From positions 1-39,327 of the IMG/VR virus record IMGVR_UViG_3300012953_006722: DNA of 39,327 nucleotides. One strand, given 5' to 3'. A model generated the notes under the pieces. It was not told the DNA's origin, did not search any database, and saw only the letters and a program-made list of their open reading frames with translations. The DNA is from a virus (lineage: Duplodnaviria > Caudoviricetes). Within the stretch, counting starts at the first letter, position 1. Every line of letters begins with the position of its first letter. The translations under genes and the position numbers were made by a program. Shown piece after piece: positions 1-8,966 of this stretch.

Positions 1-1941
1 AAGCGTATTAAAAGTTTGAGCCTCCAAAACCAACCTTGATCGACTTGATTGAACAAAGGAGTCCAAGAGTCCCGCCTGTATCAGCGCTGATAGAGTGCCT
101 ATGTTCACGCCTGCCTGCTTTGCAGAAAGAAATACTTCATACTTATTAGCAAAGGAATCTTCTCTAAACTCTAAGAGAGATGTTAATACTTTGTCAGAGA
201 CACCTTTGATAGAATTCAAACCATATCGGATGTTTTTGCCTTCTATTTTGAAATCGATGTCTGATTTATTAAGATCTGGGGGCAGTAACCTTATGTCAAA
301 GTGGGGTAACTCCTGAGAGATTTTTGCTATCTCCTCATGTGGACTTGGTTCATATTTAGCATATTTTAAAAGACTTAAAAAGAATTGTTGCGGATGGTTA
401 AACTTTAAGTATACCGTCAATGCTGCTAAATGCGCGTAACTAATTGAGTGGGATTTATTGAACGAATAATTAGCCGAATCTTGCGCCACCTTCCATAGAA
501 CTGCGGCGATTTCAGGGTCTAGATTATTGCTGCGAACTTTGTCCTCAATTTTAGCCTTCCAAGCAGGCATTTGATCCACCTTTTTCTTACCAACTATACG
601 GCGCAACTGCTCCGCTTCATCTAAGCTGAATCCCACCTTCACTGCCATTTTCATTAACTGCTCCTGATACAGTGGAATGCCTCCTGTGTAGCTTAAGACA
701 TCATCAAAAAATTCATGAACCGACTGGAAGTCTCCCGTCCTAACAAAGGTCGCATAGTGATCCTTAAAGTCTAACGCTCCAGGTCTTGCAATCGCAACCA
801 CAGCCGAAAGCTCTTCTAGGTTGCGCGGAGAAATAAGCTGGCAAACTTTAAAGTTCGTTTCTGCCTCAATCTGAAAAAGCCCCTGAGGGGCTCTTAAACA
901 AGAGAGAGCTTGATAAACGGAGGGATCATTGGGATCTATGTCTTGCTCTTTTATTCCAAGCTGCTTGCATACATCGTGGACGACTGAAAGTGTTCGTAAC
1001 CCCAAGATGTCAAACTTGACACTCAGACTAGCTACATCATTCATGTCATAGCCAGAGACCAGTGAGCCATCATTTGTGTGCTGGAGTGGCATAATTTCCT
1101 CCAGCGGGTAGTATGAGATAGAGATGCCCGAAGGATGCACTCCTGTGTTTTTATTTAAGCCTTCTAGCTTCTTTGCTATTTTAAATGCCTTAGCATAGCG
1201 ATCCGCATACCCTTTGAAGCTTTCGCTCTCTTCGTAGGCCACATCAAGCTTTGCGACCATTCCGAAATGCTTGGGGATGGTATCGCTTATCTGATTCACA
1301 TCAATTTCAGATAGCTCTTCGACAATTTTACCACACTCCTTCATGCATAGCTTACCACTTAGAGTGTTTAGCGTTAGAATCTTAGAAGTTTTTCCTACAT
1401 ATTTTTTTTCTATGTATTTGATTACCTCTGGGCGGCGATCATAGGAGATATCGTTATCCACATCAGCCAACAAACTTCCATCTAAATAAATCTCACCGTT
1501 ATGCTCTATTTTGCGAGCCCGACTCTTGGAAACAAACCTCTCAAAAAACAGATCGTATTCAATCGGGTTTATGTTTGTAATACCTATAACGTATAAGACG
1601 AGAGAACCAGCCGCACTTCCCCTGCCTGCTCCTGTGGGGATATTATTCTCTTTGCAAAAATTCATAATGTCCCAATTTAATAGGACATAATCCACAAAAC
1701 CCAAATCCTTGAATACAGCCAACTCCTCCCTTAGCCTGTCATAATATACTTGAGCATCCTCCTGCTTATCGATGCCCTTCTCCTTCAGTCTTGTAAAGCA
1801 AAGCTTCCTAAGGAACTGAAAGTTATCTTCCAGGTCACTACAAGAAACTTCGTCGTAATATTTTTTTTCTATTTTAATTTCTGGGAGCTTAACTCCGACA
1901 GGAAATGGCGTGTCATACGGCTTATAGTCAGAAAAAATCAT
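1..1941 (-). CDS. dnaE: DNA polymerase III alpha subunit core (family C, lacks N-terminal PHP domain); runs off left window edge
   Basis: Not in the ORF track. Manual translation from ATG at 1941 (ATGA overlap with upstream stop) gives MIFSDYKPYDTPFPVGVKLPEI..., then GAGRGSAAGSLV, LFFERF, LADVDNDI (catalytic DxD), GVHPSG, KFDILGLRTL, NYSFNKSHS, IRYGLNSIKG. Confidence 0.96.
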   Translation of the reverse strand, partial: MIFSDYKPYDTPFPVGVKLPEIKIEKKYYDEVSCSDLEDNFQFLRKLCFTRLKEKGIDKQEDAQVYYDRLREELAVFKDLGFVDYVLLNWDIMNFCKENNIPTGAGRGSAAGSLVLYVIGITNINPIEYDLFFERFVSKSRARKIEHNGEIYLDGSLLADVDNDISYDRRPEVIKYIEKKYVGKTSKILTLNTLSGKLCMKECGKIVEELSEIDVNQISDTIPKHFGMVAKLDVAYEESESFKGYADRYAKAFKIAKKLEGLNKNTGVHPSGISISYYPLEEIMPLQHTNDGSLVSGYDMNDVASLSVKFDILGLRTLSVVHDVCKQLGIKEQDIDPNDPSVYQALSCLRAPQGLFQIEAETNFKVCQLISPRNLEELSAVVAIARPGALDFKDHYATFVRTGDFQSVHEFFDDVLSYTGGIPLYQEQLMKMAVKVGFSLDEAEQLRRIVGKKKVDQMPAWKAKIEDKVRSNNLDPEIAAVLWKVAQDSANYSFNKSHSISYAHLAALTVYLKFNHPQQFFLSLLKYAKYEPSPHEEIAKISQELPHFDIRLLPPDLNKSDIDFKIEGKNIRYGLNSIKGVSDKVLTSLLEFREDSFANKYEVFLSAKQAGVNIGTLSALIQAGLLDSFVQSSRSRLVLEAQTFNTL

Positions 1942-2570
1942 AGCTCTAAATCAAAAAGTTGTTTCCTAAAAATTTTAAACGTCATCTCAATATCATATAG
2001 TGCATCATGCAGTCGCTTGGGATCATGATCTATATTATATCTCTTTAGTAGGGTCGCCTGAGACGTTCTCAATCCCCTCTCTTTATGATTAAGCAATCTA
2101 TACTGCCAAGCAAGTAAATTTTCTTTATCTACGGGAATTTGTTTAGCAATTGCCGTCGCTAAAGATTTAGTATCAATAATTCTATTCACATATGAATAGT
2201 CTGACTCTCTACCCATTAGTTTGCGCCATATATTTACCATGTAAACATCAAAACCTAAGACGTTTTGGCCAACGACTAGATTCCTTTCGTCATATAAATC
2301 CTTTTCAAACTTTTCCCACACGGTGTTTGGCGGCATGGATTTCTTCGAGTATTCATCGTACGAAAAACCCGTAACCCTTGCTGCACCCTCTGAGACGTTC
2401 AGGTTGGGCCAGTGAATAAAGAAATCTCTCTTATCAATTATCTTCTCACCTTCAACAACTAACCAAGCGATTTGCCAAGGTCGAGACGTAACTAAGTTCA
2501 AACCCTCAGTCTCGGTATCAAAAACAACGTATCGTTGTTTCTTATTAAATCTAAGTAATGACTCATCCAT
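1938..2570 (-). CDS. DEDDh 3'-5' proofreading exonuclease (DnaQ/epsilon-like)
   Basis: ExoI FDTETEG, ExoII QNVLGFD, ExoIII HDALYD; likely start ATG 2570 (MDESLLRF), 8-nt overlap with upstream stop. Confidence 0.9.
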   Translation of the reverse strand: MDESLLRFNKKQRYVVFDTETEGLNLVTSRPWQIAWLVVEGEKIIDKRDFFIHWPNLNVSEGAARVTGFSYDEYSKKSMPPNTVWEKFEKDLYDERNLVVGQNVLGFDVYMVNIWRKLMGRESDYSYVNRIIDTKSLATAIAKQIPVDKENLLAWQYRLLNHKERGLRTSQATLLKRYNIDHDPKRLHDALYDIEMTFKIFRKQLFDLEL

Positions 2571-3279
2571 GTTGTAAATAAGACTCAAGGCAGAACTCAT
2601 TACTGCCAAAGTGGTTAAGGTTGGGACTGCTCAGTGTGGCTGCTCTGCCAAAATTTCTATTGCAAAGAATCTTGTATGTTTGAAGAGCCTCCACATCAGA
2701 CTTCTTGTTATACAATATTGTTTTCACCTCCTGCATAGACGCACTGCTTGATTCCGCAAACTTACTAACCTTTTCAGTTAACAGCTTATCAAATGGCAAG
2801 TTGTTTTGTTCTAGCCAGAAGGTCGGCGGGATATCTTTAAAGTTGGGGATGCAGTTTTTTAAGTATAACTGATTTTTATGTATAAATGAATCATAGAATG
2901 GTATCACAAGGTCGATGTGGCTTTCTGACCAGATACTATTCAGGTATTTAAAATCTACTTTGCCTCGCCCTATTGTTTGGGCGAAAGAATAGATTTTGTT
3001 AAGTAGTTTGCAACCCTCATCATCTTTTGCGAACACTATTATTTTGTGATCTGATAAATCCCCATCCTCTTCCACATCATTGCAACAGGTAATTCTTAAC
3101 CCAAAAACTAAATGAATACCTTCTTCTTTGCAACTAGTATGAGATTTCACAAAGCCCGTCATCGAGTCTTCAACCAAGACTAGTGGATTGATGTCGTGCT
3201 CTTTGCAGTGATCGATAATCTCCTCTATTTTTAAGATACTCTTTCCTATTGAAAAGGTGGATTTAAATACGGGAATCAT
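2563..3279 (-). CDS. Stand-alone DnaE-type PHP domain protein, probably catalytically degenerate
   Basis: FKSTFSIGKSILKIEEII, LVLVEDSMTGFVK, GIHLVFGL, HKIIVFAKDDEGCKLLNKI follow the DnaE N-terminal PHP pattern (HSxYS..., LLAKNxxGYxNL); likely start ATG 3279. Confidence 0.85.
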   Translation of the reverse strand: MIPVFKSTFSIGKSILKIEEIIDHCKEHDINPLVLVEDSMTGFVKSHTSCKEEGIHLVFGLRITCCNDVEEDGDLSDHKIIVFAKDDEGCKLLNKIYSFAQTIGRGKVDFKYLNSIWSESHIDLVIPFYDSFIHKNQLYLKNCIPNFKDIPPTFWLEQNNLPFDKLLTEKVSKFAESSSASMQEVKTILYNKKSDVEALQTYKILCNRNFGRAATLSSPNLNHFGSNEFCLESYLQHG

Positions 3280-3286
3280 ACAGGAG

Positions 3287-3315
3287 ACTGTAACACTCCC
3301 ACAAACAGCCGTCAA
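3287..3315 (-). promoter_or_regulatory. sigma70-type promoter, probably leaderless, for PHP-exo-dnaE
   Basis: Minus strand TTGACG (3315-3310), 17 nt, TGn-TACAGT (3292-3287), 7 nt, ATG 3279. Confidence 0.6.
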
Positions 3316-4340
3316 GAAGAATGTGCTGGACAGCCTTCATAATACTTCATTTCATAAGCCCCACCATCAGGTACCAGATCTTCACGGAACTCATCTTCAA
3401 AGAAACTTCCAACAGACTGGTTATTTTTGTCGTAAATAGTATAGTAAAAGAAATCAAACTTCATGGGACAGTGCCACTTGGGAGAGCCATCCTTTTTTAG
3501 CTCTCCCTTTTTCTTAGCAAATCCACATAAAAGCCTTCCACTAAAAGAACCATCTTTAGGAAAATCTTGCCTAGCCGCAAAATTACTTTTTGCCTCCTTG
3601 ATAGAGAAATTGTCCAAATATTTCTGTATTTCTGATAGCTGCAATTCAAACCCAATTAAATCGTCAGCATCTAACGGCTTCATCCGAACTACGCCTGAGT
3701 TTTTAACGTTTTCATCTAGCTCAAATTTAAGGAATAAAAACTCGCTCACGCGCTTTGCGTAATCGGGAAACAAATTCTTAACTGCCAGACTATACATTAA
3801 GTCTTGAAGGTTATCTGTTGCGTCCTTACCCTTAAACACGGACTTGCTGGTTTTAAAGTCTCTGATTATGGCTAATTTTTTTCTTTTATAAAGAAATAAT
3901 TTATCTATGAAGCCCCTAATCTTGTAGGCAACCTGTCCATCTTCCTTGACGATATCAAAATCTTTTTCAGAATATTCTTCGGTTGGCTTGCCCGTTTCAT
4001 CGCCAAAGAAGTCATAAGTCAAACCATTATAAATCATCTCTTTTATTAGGGAGATGTTTTCCTCATCGTCCACGCCCTCACGAACAGCGTGTTTCATGAT
4101 CAACCTTTTGACCGAGGGAACGGAGAACACATCTTGAGAGCTAACGATGGCCTTGTAGTGCTTACCTCTCCTTTTCGGTCCTAGCACCTCAAAAATTAAA
4201 TGGCAAATAGAGCCTCGTCGCGCACCATCGTTACTCCGCTCGGGGAGTTTGAGCTTGTATTTACACCAGTATAACCACGCACACGATTGCGCCGTTTTTA
4301 TTCTACTGGCAGATAGGGGTGTTTCGGGACTAGCCATCAC
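3312..4340 (-). CDS. PD-(D/E)XK nuclease, AddB/RecB/Cas4-like exonuclease
   Basis: LSASRIKTAQSC, GSICH, IRGFIDKL..IRDFKTS, QDLMY; C-terminal cysteines (LLCG, HCP, GCP). Confidence 0.85.
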   Translation of the reverse strand: MMASPETPLSASRIKTAQSCAWLYWCKYKLKLPERSNDGARRGSICHLIFEVLGPKRRGKHYKAIVSSQDVFSVPSVKRLIMKHAVREGVDDEENISLIKEMIYNGLTYDFFGDETGKPTEEYSEKDFDIVKEDGQVAYKIRGFIDKLFLYKRKKLAIIRDFKTSKSVFKGKDATDNLQDLMYSLAVKNLFPDYAKRVSEFLFLKFELDENVKNSGVVRMKPLDADDLIGFELQLSEIQKYLDNFSIKEAKSNFAARQDFPKDGSFSGRLLCGFAKKKGELKKDGSPKWHCPMKFDFFYYTIYDKNNQSVGSFFEDEFREDLVPDGGAYEMKYYEGCPAHSS

Positions 4341-5397
4341 TAAATATTAAGGCACTCTTAATTTCTTTTTTAGTGAAGCAGGAAGTATTATTCTTAATAA
4401 AATCGCAAATATATTCTAGCTGTTTAGCTTGATCATATTCCTTAGTAGACCAATTTTTATTAAAGTCATACTCATCTAAATGAGCGTCACCAAAATCATT
4501 ATATGGCTTTGGTGGAAATTTTACAATTAATGTGTCTAAATCAAAGTAACCAGATAGTTTGATAAAAGTCTTTATCGCCGCCGTAAATCCTCTATTTTCC
4601 CCACCGTGGTCGTCATTATTAGTAGAGATAAAAATGCTATTAATAGACTTGCTATTAAGATAGTTAATAATATGACTGTTAACGGATAAGCCAAACATAA
4701 CCAAAACGTTTTTAATACCTTGCTCATAAAGTGCCATTGCATCACCGATGCTTTCAACTAAAATTACTTCTTTTTTTAAGTCTATCTCTTCATCTACACC
4801 TGAATCCTGATTAAAGGCGGGATACACCCAGTTATTTCTGCGTCCAATATGTTTCCATTTTGGATAATCATTACCATCGTCAACTTTTCTACCTGAAAAG
4901 CCTATAATTTGATGATGTTCATTGTATATAGGGAACACCATTCTGCGATACATTTTGCCCACGCCAGCTAATCCAACCTCAAAAGCTTTCTGCGTAGACT
5001 CAGAAATCTTTCTGCCTAAGTAAAAATTATAGTTAGGAAAAAGCTTATCTAGTGACTCTGGAGGGTAGATTTTTTCCATTTCTGTGGTCTGTTTCGGCTT
5101 ATACGTAATCTCTGCGCCACTATTCGGGGCACCTAAAATTTCTTCACACCGCTTGGAATCTTTAACTGTTAATCTGACAATTGCTTCAAATGGCTTACAG
5201 CCTTTGTTCTCCACGAAATCCATCCACACACCTGTGTCCTTGTAGATTTTAACCGCAGTGGGGTTGTCACCATCACGATATAAGGCTGAACTTCGCCAGT
5301 GGTCACCACAATCAATCAGTCTATAACCAATGGACTCTAAGATGCCTTGAAAATTATCAGAATTCAGTGAAGTCTGGAATTGATTCTTGGTTTCCAT
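4330..5397 (-). CDS. dnaG: DNA primase (DnaG-like, Toprim)
   Basis: RRMVFPIYN..IIGFSGR, PKWKH, Toprim LVESIGDAMAL, NDFGD; adjacent to DnaB; exact start uncertain. Confidence 0.88.
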   Translation of the reverse strand: METKNQFQTSLNSDNFQGILESIGYRLIDCGDHWRSSALYRDGDNPTAVKIYKDTGVWMDFVENKGCKPFEAIVRLTVKDSKRCEEILGAPNSGAEITYKPKQTTEMEKIYPPESLDKLFPNYNFYLGRKISESTQKAFEVGLAGVGKMYRRMVFPIYNEHHQIIGFSGRKVDDGNDYPKWKHIGRRNNWVYPAFNQDSGVDEEIDLKKEVILVESIGDAMALYEQGIKNVLVMFGLSVNSHIINYLNSKSINSIFISTNNDDHGGENRGFTAAIKTFIKLSGYFDLDTLIVKFPPKPYNDFGDAHLDEYDFNKNWSTKEYDQAKQLEYICDFIKNNTSCFTKKEIKSALIFSDG

Positions 5398-6874
5398 CAG
5401 TATCTAAATCTTCATCCCCATTTAATATTCTTGCGATATCCCTCAAATCTCCACATTCCTCGATATTAAAATTATTAAAATTAAGGTTTATAGCGTTTTT
5501 GCGGAGAGCATCGCCCACCCTAACAGGTTCTATTGCTCCTGCCACATCATCACCCAAGTGACGAGATTTTACGTTAATTAGCTTATGCGTACCGAAACGC
5601 TGCCCCTCCGACTCTATCTCGTCCGCAGTCTTGTTTCGCAGAATGAACATGTGAGAACAAAACTGGGTGATTCGGTCGGATAATGAAACAATAGATTCGT
5701 CATCAACAATCGTCTGAGCGGTACGGTTATTTGTGATGCCGTAGCGGTTAGATTGAACTGAAGTGATCATTGGTATGATGGGTTCACCCTCCCATAATAT
5801 CTCTTTTTGGACACACTTCTTAAACTTATCTACCATTTCGCCAACCACCTGCCACTCAGATTTATTGGCAATGTTTTCTGAAGTGGTTTTTATATAATCA
5901 AAAGAAAAAACCATTCTGTTTCCACGGCCCACCTTTGAATAGTAGAATCTTTTGAGCGTATTAACCATGGAGTCCACATCCATTCCACCCACATTGTAAT
6001 AATAAAATTTTAGGTCTTTTATCTTACCCCAAACCGCTCTGACTTTATTTACTACGTCCTGTCCAGCCTGTCTCCACTTACCGCTTTCGAGAAGGTGCAT
6101 TGGGACGCCTGAGAGCGCCGCGCATTGCCTCATTATAAGCTCCTCTTTACTCATTTCGCCATTGTCAAAATGCAAAATTGGCACATCGTATTTCAAACTC
6201 ACCTTGGTTGTATAATCCATGCAGAAGTTTGTTTTTCCCACACCTGACCTAGCCACTATAACCGTGATATTTCCCGCTCTCAAAAGAGAGCCATAAATCT
6301 GGTTAACCTTAGGGTGTGGCCCCATCATTCCAAATTCCGTAAGAGGATTATTACCCCTTTCCTCAACCAGAGCTTCCATATCCTCATAGATATTTTCGGG
6401 CGTATCGTTGCCAAGCTCATACAAATTGATTCGCGAATTATAAATTGAATCAGCAGCCTCGACTATGTTTCTATAGGATGCGTCAGGCGTGATGCTCTTC
6501 ATCTTCTTTGCGATATCTTGAGAAGAGCGCAGAATTTCACGCCTAATCGAATACTTTTTAAGTTCCTTGGCGGTTTTTAACGTATTGCCAGCGGGTACTT
6601 TCCGCAAGGTTAGGGACTTGATGTAGTCGGATGGGTTTAAATTATCCTCGAAAGATAGCCCGACTTGGTTCACTCGTTGAGCGATGATAATTTCATCTAC
6701 CTCATCGCCACCATTTATGGCTTGCTCTATGATCCTAAAAATAGTCGAGTTGAGAGGGCTGTTATCCGAGTAAAAATCTGAAGTATCAATAAAGTTTGAA
6801 ATCTCTGCGAAAGCCTCAGGATCTTTTAGTAAACCTGCTAGTAATTGTTTTTCTAACTCAAGATTGTAAATCAT
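5357..6874 (-). CDS. dnaB: Replicative DNA helicase
   Basis: N-terminal LELEKQLLAGLL..DFY, Walker A ARSGVGKT, GEMS, Walker B FDYI, SVQSNR, KSRH. Confidence 0.93.
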   Translation of the reverse strand: MIYNLELEKQLLAGLLKDPEAFAEISNFIDTSDFYSDNSPLNSTIFRIIEQAINGGDEVDEIIIAQRVNQVGLSFEDNLNPSDYIKSLTLRKVPAGNTLKTAKELKKYSIRREILRSSQDIAKKMKSITPDASYRNIVEAADSIYNSRINLYELGNDTPENIYEDMEALVEERGNNPLTEFGMMGPHPKVNQIYGSLLRAGNITVIVARSGVGKTNFCMDYTTKVSLKYDVPILHFDNGEMSKEELIMRQCAALSGVPMHLLESGKWRQAGQDVVNKVRAVWGKIKDLKFYYYNVGGMDVDSMVNTLKRFYYSKVGRGNRMVFSFDYIKTTSENIANKSEWQVVGEMVDKFKKCVQKEILWEGEPIIPMITSVQSNRYGITNNRTAQTIVDDESIVSLSDRITQFCSHMFILRNKTADEIESEGQRFGTHKLINVKSRHLGDDVAGAIEPVRVGDALRKNAINLNFNNFNIEECGDLRDIARILNGDEDLDTDGNQESIPDFTEF

Positions 6875-7113
6875 TGTGCTTCTGTACCCCTCTCATCTTG
6901 CATGTCTCTCAAATAATCCTCCAAGGTTTTAACCAAAGCTAACTCAGTCATGCCACAGTCAAATTTCGAATAGACCAGCGGCTTGCCGTTTTCGGATGAA
7001 ACAGCCATAATTACACCCTTATACCTGTCAGAACCACCAGACAATTCGTAAAGATTATCTACCATTTCTGTTGGTAGTGAAAACTCATTATTCTCCTCTT
7101 CTTCTAAGTTCAT
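6871..7113 (-). CDS. Hypothetical acidic protein (80 aa)
   Basis: ATGA-coupled on both sides within the replication operon. Confidence 0.75.
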   Translation of the reverse strand: MNLEEEENNEFSLPTEMVDNLYELSGGSDRYKGVIMAVSSENGKPLVYSKFDCGMTELALVKTLEDYLRDMQDERGTEAQ

Positions 7114-7517
7114 AGGTATATTTTTTGATCGTTGAATAAAGACGCGGTAATCGTATCGTTCGGATAAACTTCCGCCAACTTTATACTGTTGGCCTCACAG
7201 AAGTCAAATTTTTTTTGATCCCTCTTCAATTGGTCGGTATATTTTAGTCTGTTCTTGTGAAAGAATTTTACATACTTCGTGTGTTGTGCGCCTTGAACTT
7301 CCACTGCTATTTTTTTATTGGCATTATAAAAGTCCAAAGTTAAACGGCTTCCAACCACCCTAAACTCTTCGAAGACTATATCGTTCTTCCAGTAGGGATA
7401 TAAAAATTTCTTTACTTCGGTTTGAAATTTACTGCGACTTGGCTTTTCCCAATCGATGAGATATTTTTTGGCGTTCTTTAAATTTCTGACTTTGCCATAC
7501 CCGTCAATAAACTTCAT
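7110..7517 (-). CDS. Vsr/DUF559-like PD-(D/E)XK endonuclease
   Basis: LDFYNANKKIAVEVQGAQH ... RDQKK motif. Confidence 0.78.
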   Translation of the reverse strand: MKFIDGYGKVRNLKNAKKYLIDWEKPSRSKFQTEVKKFLYPYWKNDIVFEEFRVVGSRLTLDFYNANKKIAVEVQGAQHTKYVKFFHKNRLKYTDQLKRDQKKFDFCEANSIKLAEVYPNDTITASLFNDQKIYL

Positions 7518-8626
7518 ACTTGAATCTGCTCCTTAAAGTAATCTATTAAGAATTCACACAGCTTCTTGTCTTCCTCAACGGTTTTGAAAAGCTTATTGTC
7601 TCCTTGAATTTTCTCTGGGAATTCCAAATCTTTAGATTTTAAAAGTTGTTTGAAGTCCTCGCTAGGCTTTATCCAAGCTCCTTTTTTCTCGACAAATTCC
7701 CACGCATATAGAAGGTCTATTACCTCTTTTTCCACCCAGATAGATGTGCCATCGCTTCGACCATAGCGGATAGGATAAGAGACCGTCGTATTGGTGTTTT
7801 CATGCGCTGACTTTTTAATAGTTACTTTGGCATGGTGACCAATAATAGGATTCTTTTTTGGGTCCATCGTCTTGACGGTTGGATTTTGCAAAATTAAATC
7901 GCCTTTAAAACGCGGCTCAAACTCCATGATGTTATTAGCAAAGTGAAGTAAAGCATTTCCACCCGTAGCTGTAGTCTGTCTAACTGGAGCCTTAGCATAC
8001 GGGTCAAGCTTGATGTCGGCGCGGACTTGACTAATAAAGATTGCCATGTGACCACGCTTTCCTAGTGCAGTACTGGTCTTTTTGCAGAAATCTGATGCAA
8101 TCACAGCGCCACCCGCGACCTTGCTACTCTCGTCAAAATTCTTACCCAAATCGTCTTTACGGATTAAACCGTCCACAGAGTCCAATATAAAACAATATTT
8201 AATCTTGTCATCATTATTGGTAATCAGTTGCCTGATTAAGCCCATCGCCGTTTCGTATATATTACTTTCAAAAACAAAGCAGGTTCCATCTACCCAATCC
8301 TCAGGAGAAAAAACAAACTTAACACCCGATCTTCTTTGCACCTCTGGCCCAAGCCTTCCCTCTGCCTTAATATATAAACCCCTAGACTTGTCAATGCTGC
8401 CGAGAAAATTTCTCATGACCTGTAATGATTCTGAGGTTTTACCACCCTCGTTGACACCCGTAAACCGATGTAACCCAGGCCCAAATCCCCCTGCTAAGTA
8501 AAGGTCTAGCTGCAAGGAACCACTGGACACTTTATACTCCACAGTGTCTTCAAAATTATAATGATCGTCCTTATTGGCCTTTAAATAATTACTCAAAATA
8601 CTCTCTGGATTCACTTCGCTACTCAT
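7514..8626 (-). CDS. recA: RecA/UvsX-like recombinase
   Basis: SSGSLQLDLYLAGG, Walker A GVNEGGKT, Walker B ILDSV, IFISQVR, TGGNALLHFA, KKGAW. Confidence 0.9.
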   Translation of the reverse strand: MSSEVNPESILSNYLKANKDDHYNFEDTVEYKVSSGSLQLDLYLAGGFGPGLHRFTGVNEGGKTSESLQVMRNFLGSIDKSRGLYIKAEGRLGPEVQRRSGVKFVFSPEDWVDGTCFVFESNIYETAMGLIRQLITNNDDKIKYCFILDSVDGLIRKDDLGKNFDESSKVAGGAVIASDFCKKTSTALGKRGHMAIFISQVRADIKLDPYAKAPVRQTTATGGNALLHFANNIMEFEPRFKGDLILQNPTVKTMDPKKNPIIGHHAKVTIKKSAHENTNTTVSYPIRYGRSDGTSIWVEKEVIDLLYAWEFVEKKGAWIKPSEDFKQLLKSKDLEFPEKIQGDNKLFKTVEEDKKLCEFLIDYFKEQIQV

Positions 8627-8966
8627 CTAAAAAATCTTTTACTGTTTTTGTTTTACGAGGAACAAACTTGTCCTCTCCGACTTTTTCTCCGATATGATAG
8701 ACCTCATACTTGGATAAATCAACTCTAAAGTTAAAAGCTCGAAATTTTTCATCCATCTTTTCTTTCAGCTTGTCGCTAACGAGATAAGCTAACGAGTCAA
8801 ACTTTTTACCAAAATCCACTATATCCATGAACTCTAGCGAATACCGCTCGCAAAGATCATTTAACATCTTCATCTCCCTAGCGAAAAAGGGACGCCTAGC
8901 CTTATCGGGAACCTCCAATAGGCGAAAAATAATTTGTCTTTTGTTTGGACCTTTAGCCTTTGCCAC
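8619..8966 (-). CDS. Hypothetical basic protein (115 aa)
   Basis: GTG start overlapping the gmd stop (TAGTG); 8-nt overlap with recA start. Confidence 0.75.
   Translation of the reverse strand: MAKAKGPNKRQIIFRLLEVPDKARRPFFAREMKMLNDLCERYSLEFMDIVDFGKKFDSLAYLVSDKLKEKMDEKFRAFNFRVDLSKYEVYHIGEKVGEDKFVPRKTKTVKDFLDE

Noticed and set aside
2563-2600. Split intein joining PHP and DnaE (CLESY near the PHP C-terminus)
   Set aside because: Only 9 residues remain from the Cys to the stop, there is no IntC (HN-C/S) at the DnaE N-terminus, and an exonuclease gene intervenes
3312-4340. CRISPR-Cas system (Cas4)
   Set aside because: No array, cas1 or cas2 in the window; the context is replication/recombination
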